Positions 27,266 through 30,649 of a stretch of DNA of 30,649 nt are shown one piece after another (positions within the stretch are counted from its first letter, which is position 1; every line of letters starts with the position of its first letter). This DNA is from an uncultured Mycoplasmatota bacterium. Its GTDB lineage: Bacteria > Bacillota_I > Bacilli_A > RF39 > UBA660. The stretch lies in the NCBI GenBank assembly GCA_947384645.1, contig CANDHX010000001.1, forward strand, positions 1 through 30,649. The letters are read 5' to 3'. Position numbers and translations under genes: made by a program. The notes under the pieces were generated by a model, which made no database searches, had not been told where the DNA came from, and was given only the letters and a program-made list of their open reading frames with translations.

Positions 27266-28651
27266 CTACTTTTCGTTTTCGTTCATCATCATTTTATAGT
27301 ATTTCCAAGCTAATACTTTAAAGGCCATTTTATCGATTTGCTCGCTGTTTAAGGTTCCGTCGCTAATAGCATTTTTTATCTCGTTAAAACTTGTTTTATA
27401 GTCAGTAGTTATAATCAAATCGTTTCCAGCTTTTACAGCTTTTATAGTAGTATTATCGATGTTATTGAGTGCTCCCATAGCAATATCATCGGTTATTATA
27501 ACTCCACTAAATTTTAAATCGCTACGCAATAATTCGTGCACCTTGCTCGATAGTGAAGCTGGATTATTGTTATCTATACTAGTTACTACGTTATGACTGA
27601 CTAAGACTGCTTCTGCTCCTGCTTCGATACCTTTTTTAAATGGAGGTATATCGTTATTCATCAAGTCGTCATAACTTCTCGTATCAGTTGCACCTCCAAG
27701 GTGAGTATCGGCATTGCTTCCATATCCCGGAAAATGTTTTAATGTATAAGATACTCCTGTGCCTTTACTAGCACTAATGACGCTTTTTGCATAATTAGAT
27801 GTGACTTCCGTATTCTGTTTCAAAGTTCTATCGTACATATAATCAGTAGACTTACTAGCTACATCGACAACTGGCGCCAAGTTTAGATTTAATCCTAAAT
27901 TGCTGAGAATTCTACTTTTTTCTTTAGTATCTTTTTCGATTTCAGCAAGACCGCCTAAATCGTATAACTCGCTCGAAGCTTTAAATTTAGAAGGAACAAG
28001 CAAATTATTAGAACTTACTCTTACTACTTTTCCTCCTTCTTCATCGACTGCTGTAAGCAAAGGTATTTTTGAAGACTCTTGTGCACTTCCTATCATTTTC
28101 TTAACTTCCGATTCACTTTTATCTTTAAAGTCTTTTTCAAAAAATACAAATCCTCCCAAATTATATTTCTTTATATCTTCTAACGAATTAGAATCGGGAT
28201 ATCTTGCTAGTAAAACTTGACCGATTTTCTCGCCTAAGGTCATCGTCTTGAGTTTGGCATAAGCTTGTTTATAAAACGCACTAAATATTCCATTATCTAG
28301 CCACCCAGTCGGAATGCCTTCATCGGTTGTACTTTGGGCTATTACGTCATAACTTATCACTTGACAATCTTCTATGGCATAATTCTTATCTACTATTCCA
28401 GTATATGTCATAGATATATTATCTCCAACGTTAAAACTAGTATCATCGGTTTTGCAGGTATAGACGTGTTCTTCATCGTCTTTTATCTTTACAGTTCCAT
28501 TTGAGTACTGCATTACGGTTCCCACTAGTTCTTTTGTTTTAATATCTCCGTCATAGTCGTTCTCTTTTAAAACGCTTATAATTGTAACAGCTCCAATACA
28601 AAGACATAGACAAATTATTATTCCAATAGTAACCAAATTTTTTTTATTCAT
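27266..28651 (-). CDS. nagZ: Membrane-anchored GH3 beta-N-acetylhexosaminidase (NagZ-like)
   Basis: MTLGEKIGQ, AVDEEGGKVVRV, NLNLAPVVDV, KHFPGYG...DTH (His/Asp loop), IITDD nucleophile. N-terminal TM helix plus a ~100-aa extra domain. Confidence 0.85.
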   Translation of the reverse strand: MNKKNLVTIGIIICLCLCIGAVTIISVLKENDYDGDIKTKELVGTVMQYSNGTVKIKDDEEHVYTCKTDDTSFNVGDNISMTYTGIVDKNYAIEDCQVISYDVIAQSTTDEGIPTGWLDNGIFSAFYKQAYAKLKTMTLGEKIGQVLLARYPDSNSLEDIKKYNLGGFVFFEKDFKDKSESEVKKMIGSAQESSKIPLLTAVDEEGGKVVRVSSNNLLVPSKFKASSELYDLGGLAEIEKDTKEKSRILSNLGLNLNLAPVVDVASKSTDYMYDRTLKQNTEVTSNYAKSVISASKGTGVSYTLKHFPGYGSNADTHLGGATDTRSYDDLMNNDIPPFKKGIEAGAEAVLVSHNVVTSIDNNNPASLSSKVHELLRSDLKFSGVIITDDIAMGALNNIDNTTIKAVKAGNDLIITTDYKTSFNEIKNAISDGTLNSEQIDKMAFKVLAWKYYKMMMNENEK

Positions 28652-28716
28652 AAAATTATCACCGTCAATAAATTATATTTTTTTTACTATAAAATAATAC
28701 TAAATTTTAATGACTT

Positions 28717-29679
28717 TTAAAAGCCCCTATTTTTAAATAGTTTTTCAAAATCGTCACTTCCCAATATTTTGTTTGTTCCTACATTGGTTAAAAGATTTTT
28801 TAGGCACTCTAACATCTCTATTTTATTATAACCATTCTCATAAAGTCCAAATACTCCTTCTAACAAAACTTTGAAATCATCTCTCTTTGCTCCTTGACCC
28901 AATAAATCGAGGAATTTGGAAGAAATTAAAGGTACTCCATCGCTCGTTTTTAAATTTATAGTTTTCTCAATAGTGGAAAGTATTTTTTTAATGTATTCAT
29001 ATATATCCCCATAAACAGAAACCATTCTCATTACGTGCAAAGGATATATCTGTTCTAAGAAAAAACTTGCAATCTCTCCAATATATTTTATTAAACATAA
29101 AAGCTGTATTTTGGAATTATCTTTTTTGATGACATACTTTTTTCCATTTAAGACTAGATATATATAATCAGCACTTCCCTCATAATATGTTAAAACTTGT
29201 ATGCTGCTAGAAATCCTCATAATATCTTTTAAACTTAAGTTTTTTAATATGTCGCAAAACATATTGCCTTGAACCAAAATGCCTCTCGTATTATATAATT
29301 CATTTCTTTTAAAACACACTTCTAAAAGAGCTTCCTGCTTACATTTTACGATGTCTAATATTTGGCAATCCAAATCGACTAAGACATAAAGATTTTTTGT
29401 AGGAGCCAATAGAGCCAGTATTTCTCCATAAATATAAAAATCGTAATTGTTTATACCGAATTTTTGGCATACCCTTTTAAAGTTGATATCCTCTGGATAA
29501 AAATGTGCACTTCCTATTAAAGTGTAACTTCTATCGAACAGCAAAAACAAATCGTTTACTTCATCATAAACATAAACGGCATTTTTTATACAAATTGAAT
29601 TTTTATGATTTAAAGAAAGTCTTTTACAGCTTTCTATAAAGGCTTCATCATTTCTTACATATTCGATATCCATAGCCAT
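28717..29679 (-). CDS. Hypothetical protein (320 aa)
   Basis: Long ORF with GAGGG RBS. No recognisable motif. Confidence 0.75.
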   Translation of the reverse strand: MAMDIEYVRNDEAFIESCKRLSLNHKNSICIKNAVYVYDEVNDLFLLFDRSYTLIGSAHFYPEDINFKRVCQKFGINNYDFYIYGEILALLAPTKNLYVLVDLDCQILDIVKCKQEALLEVCFKRNELYNTRGILVQGNMFCDILKNLSLKDIMRISSSIQVLTYYEGSADYIYLVLNGKKYVIKKDNSKIQLLCLIKYIGEIASFFLEQIYPLHVMRMVSVYGDIYEYIKKILSTIEKTINLKTSDGVPLISSKFLDLLGQGAKRDDFKVLLEGVFGLYENGYNKIEMLECLKNLLTNVGTNKILGSDDFEKLFKNRGF

Positions 29680-29945
29680 CCCTCATATGAGAAGCTATTC
29701 TATTATATTTAATTATCTAAGTCAAATAAAATTTAAAATTGTCGTTAAGTTGGTATATGTTTTTTTTATAAAGTACCATATCTACCACAAGTAGCTATAC
29801 ATATTATAGATATATTACTACTATATATTCATAAACAAAATGTACGCTTACTAAAGTCAAAGGCTGTTTATCAAAGAAAGGAGAAATGAAAAAAAATTAA
29901 ATAAATATTGCATCATTTTAAATACAATTAAGGAGGTAAATTAAA

Positions 29946-30628
29946 ATGAAAATTAAATCAGTAAAAATCATTGCTTTTCTCTTACTCGTAATAATTCCAA
30001 CGAACACTTTTGCTTTAAAAAGCATCAGTTTAGATAGAGAATTGACAGAAAAGGAATATCAGAATTTAACCAAAATCGGCCTGGACGATGAAACCATAAG
30101 TAACCTAGACCTTAAAGCGATAAACGAATATAAAGATGTCGAAACAGATGAACAAGTAACAGTTACTAAGTATTTTAAAGAAATAGAAGTCATGCCATTC
30201 TCTTTAAACCGAGAATCTAATTATGTGAATGTAGAAATTTCAGAACAGGAATACAATAGCTCTGAGTCTGAAATCGAAACTTTTGGAACTACCCATGAAA
30301 CAAATTATAAAAAATTGGAAATTAAATTATCTAAATCGGTCAATGACCCTTTAAGAATAGTGACATCCTCTCTAACGTGGAAAAAGCTTCCTAGTACAAA
30401 GAGTTATGACGTGTACGCATTTTTTGCTATATCTGGCATCATTAAAGTTCCAACTGCAACTCAAACGATGAGCGAATTAGTTGGAGACTCTAATAACAAC
30501 TGTACCTATACTCTCAATAAAAATAACGTAACTAATTATAGCAATACAAACTCTAACTGGAATAACTATGTCTATGGTCCTTCCATCTTGGGTTCTGGAA
30601 TTTCTATGCAATTAAATACTTCAACTAC
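29946..30628 (+). CDS. Secreted protein, 3'-truncated (absent from ORF track)
   Basis: AGGAGGT at 29931-29937, then ATG 29946. Translated by hand it is open to the adapter: MKIKSVKIIAFLLLVIIPTNTFA (signal peptide), acidic region, then LTWKKLPSTKSYDV. Confidence 0.85.
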
Positions 30629-30649
30629 AGATCGGAAGAGCGTCGTGTA
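30629..30649. other. Illumina TruSeq adapter remnant (artefact)
   Basis: Exact AGATCGGAAGAGCGTCGTGTA. Confidence 0.98.

Noticed and set aside
251-28220. Short plus-strand ORFs in the track (e.g. 251-496, 1742-1978, 2539-2927, 4492-5295, 5611-5999, 10276-10905, 17920-18165, 27900-28220)
   Set aside because: They are antisense shadows of well-supported minus-strand genes, with no RBS or recognisable motif.
29878-29900. AAGGAG followed by MKKN-stop over an A9 run (possible uORF or phase-variable tract)
   Set aside because: SD spacing is too short, and a +1 or -1 slip does not fuse it to the downstream gene.
1-30649. CRISPR array, tRNA/rRNA, IS or prophage, self-cleaving ribozymes
   Set aside because: By eye I found no regularly spaced repeats, cloverleafs, transposase or integrase ORFs, or hammerhead/twister/pistol cores. 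A cmscan run would be needed to exclude the RNA classes.

Overview
A low-GC Bacillota contig, probably whole, translated with code 11 (TGA is used as a stop). Gene style suggests an uncultured gut Bacilli lineage such as RF39, but that is inference. Both ends are Illumina TruSeq adapter (1-47, 30629-30649). Almost all genes are on the minus strand. Left to right: truncated ZIP metal transporter, a hypothetical, the t6A operon (tsaD, rimI, tsaB, tsaE), CIRCE-controlled Hsp20, and a lipoprotein cyclophilin. A ~16 kb cell-surface glycan locus follows (RmlA, TuaH-like GT, GtrA, WecB, HAD-GtrA fusion, UbiA-type phosphoribosyltransferase, GT-C-like membrane protein, two large GTs, Wzt/Wzm, O-antigen-ligase-like protein). 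The rest is an Abi_2/AbiF HEPN gene, a CmpB-like membrane protein, an RluA-family synthase, an atypical LytTR regulator, PAP2, an ABC exporter, a membrane-anchored GH3 NagZ-like enzyme, a hypothetical, and a truncated plus-strand secreted protein. The strongest signals are non-coding and missing from the ORF track. (1) A promoter- and terminator-delimited ~70-nt RNA directly downstream of abiF, a candidate type III toxin-antitoxin pair. (2) A 25-aa hydrophobic peptide gene with a sequestered SD and a convergent ~85-nt RNA, a candidate type I toxin-antitoxin pair. (3) An unidentified multi-hairpin RNA upstream of the glycan genes. No rRNA, tRNA, CRISPR array, transposase or integrase was found. 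Family assignments come from motif recognition by eye, not database searches.
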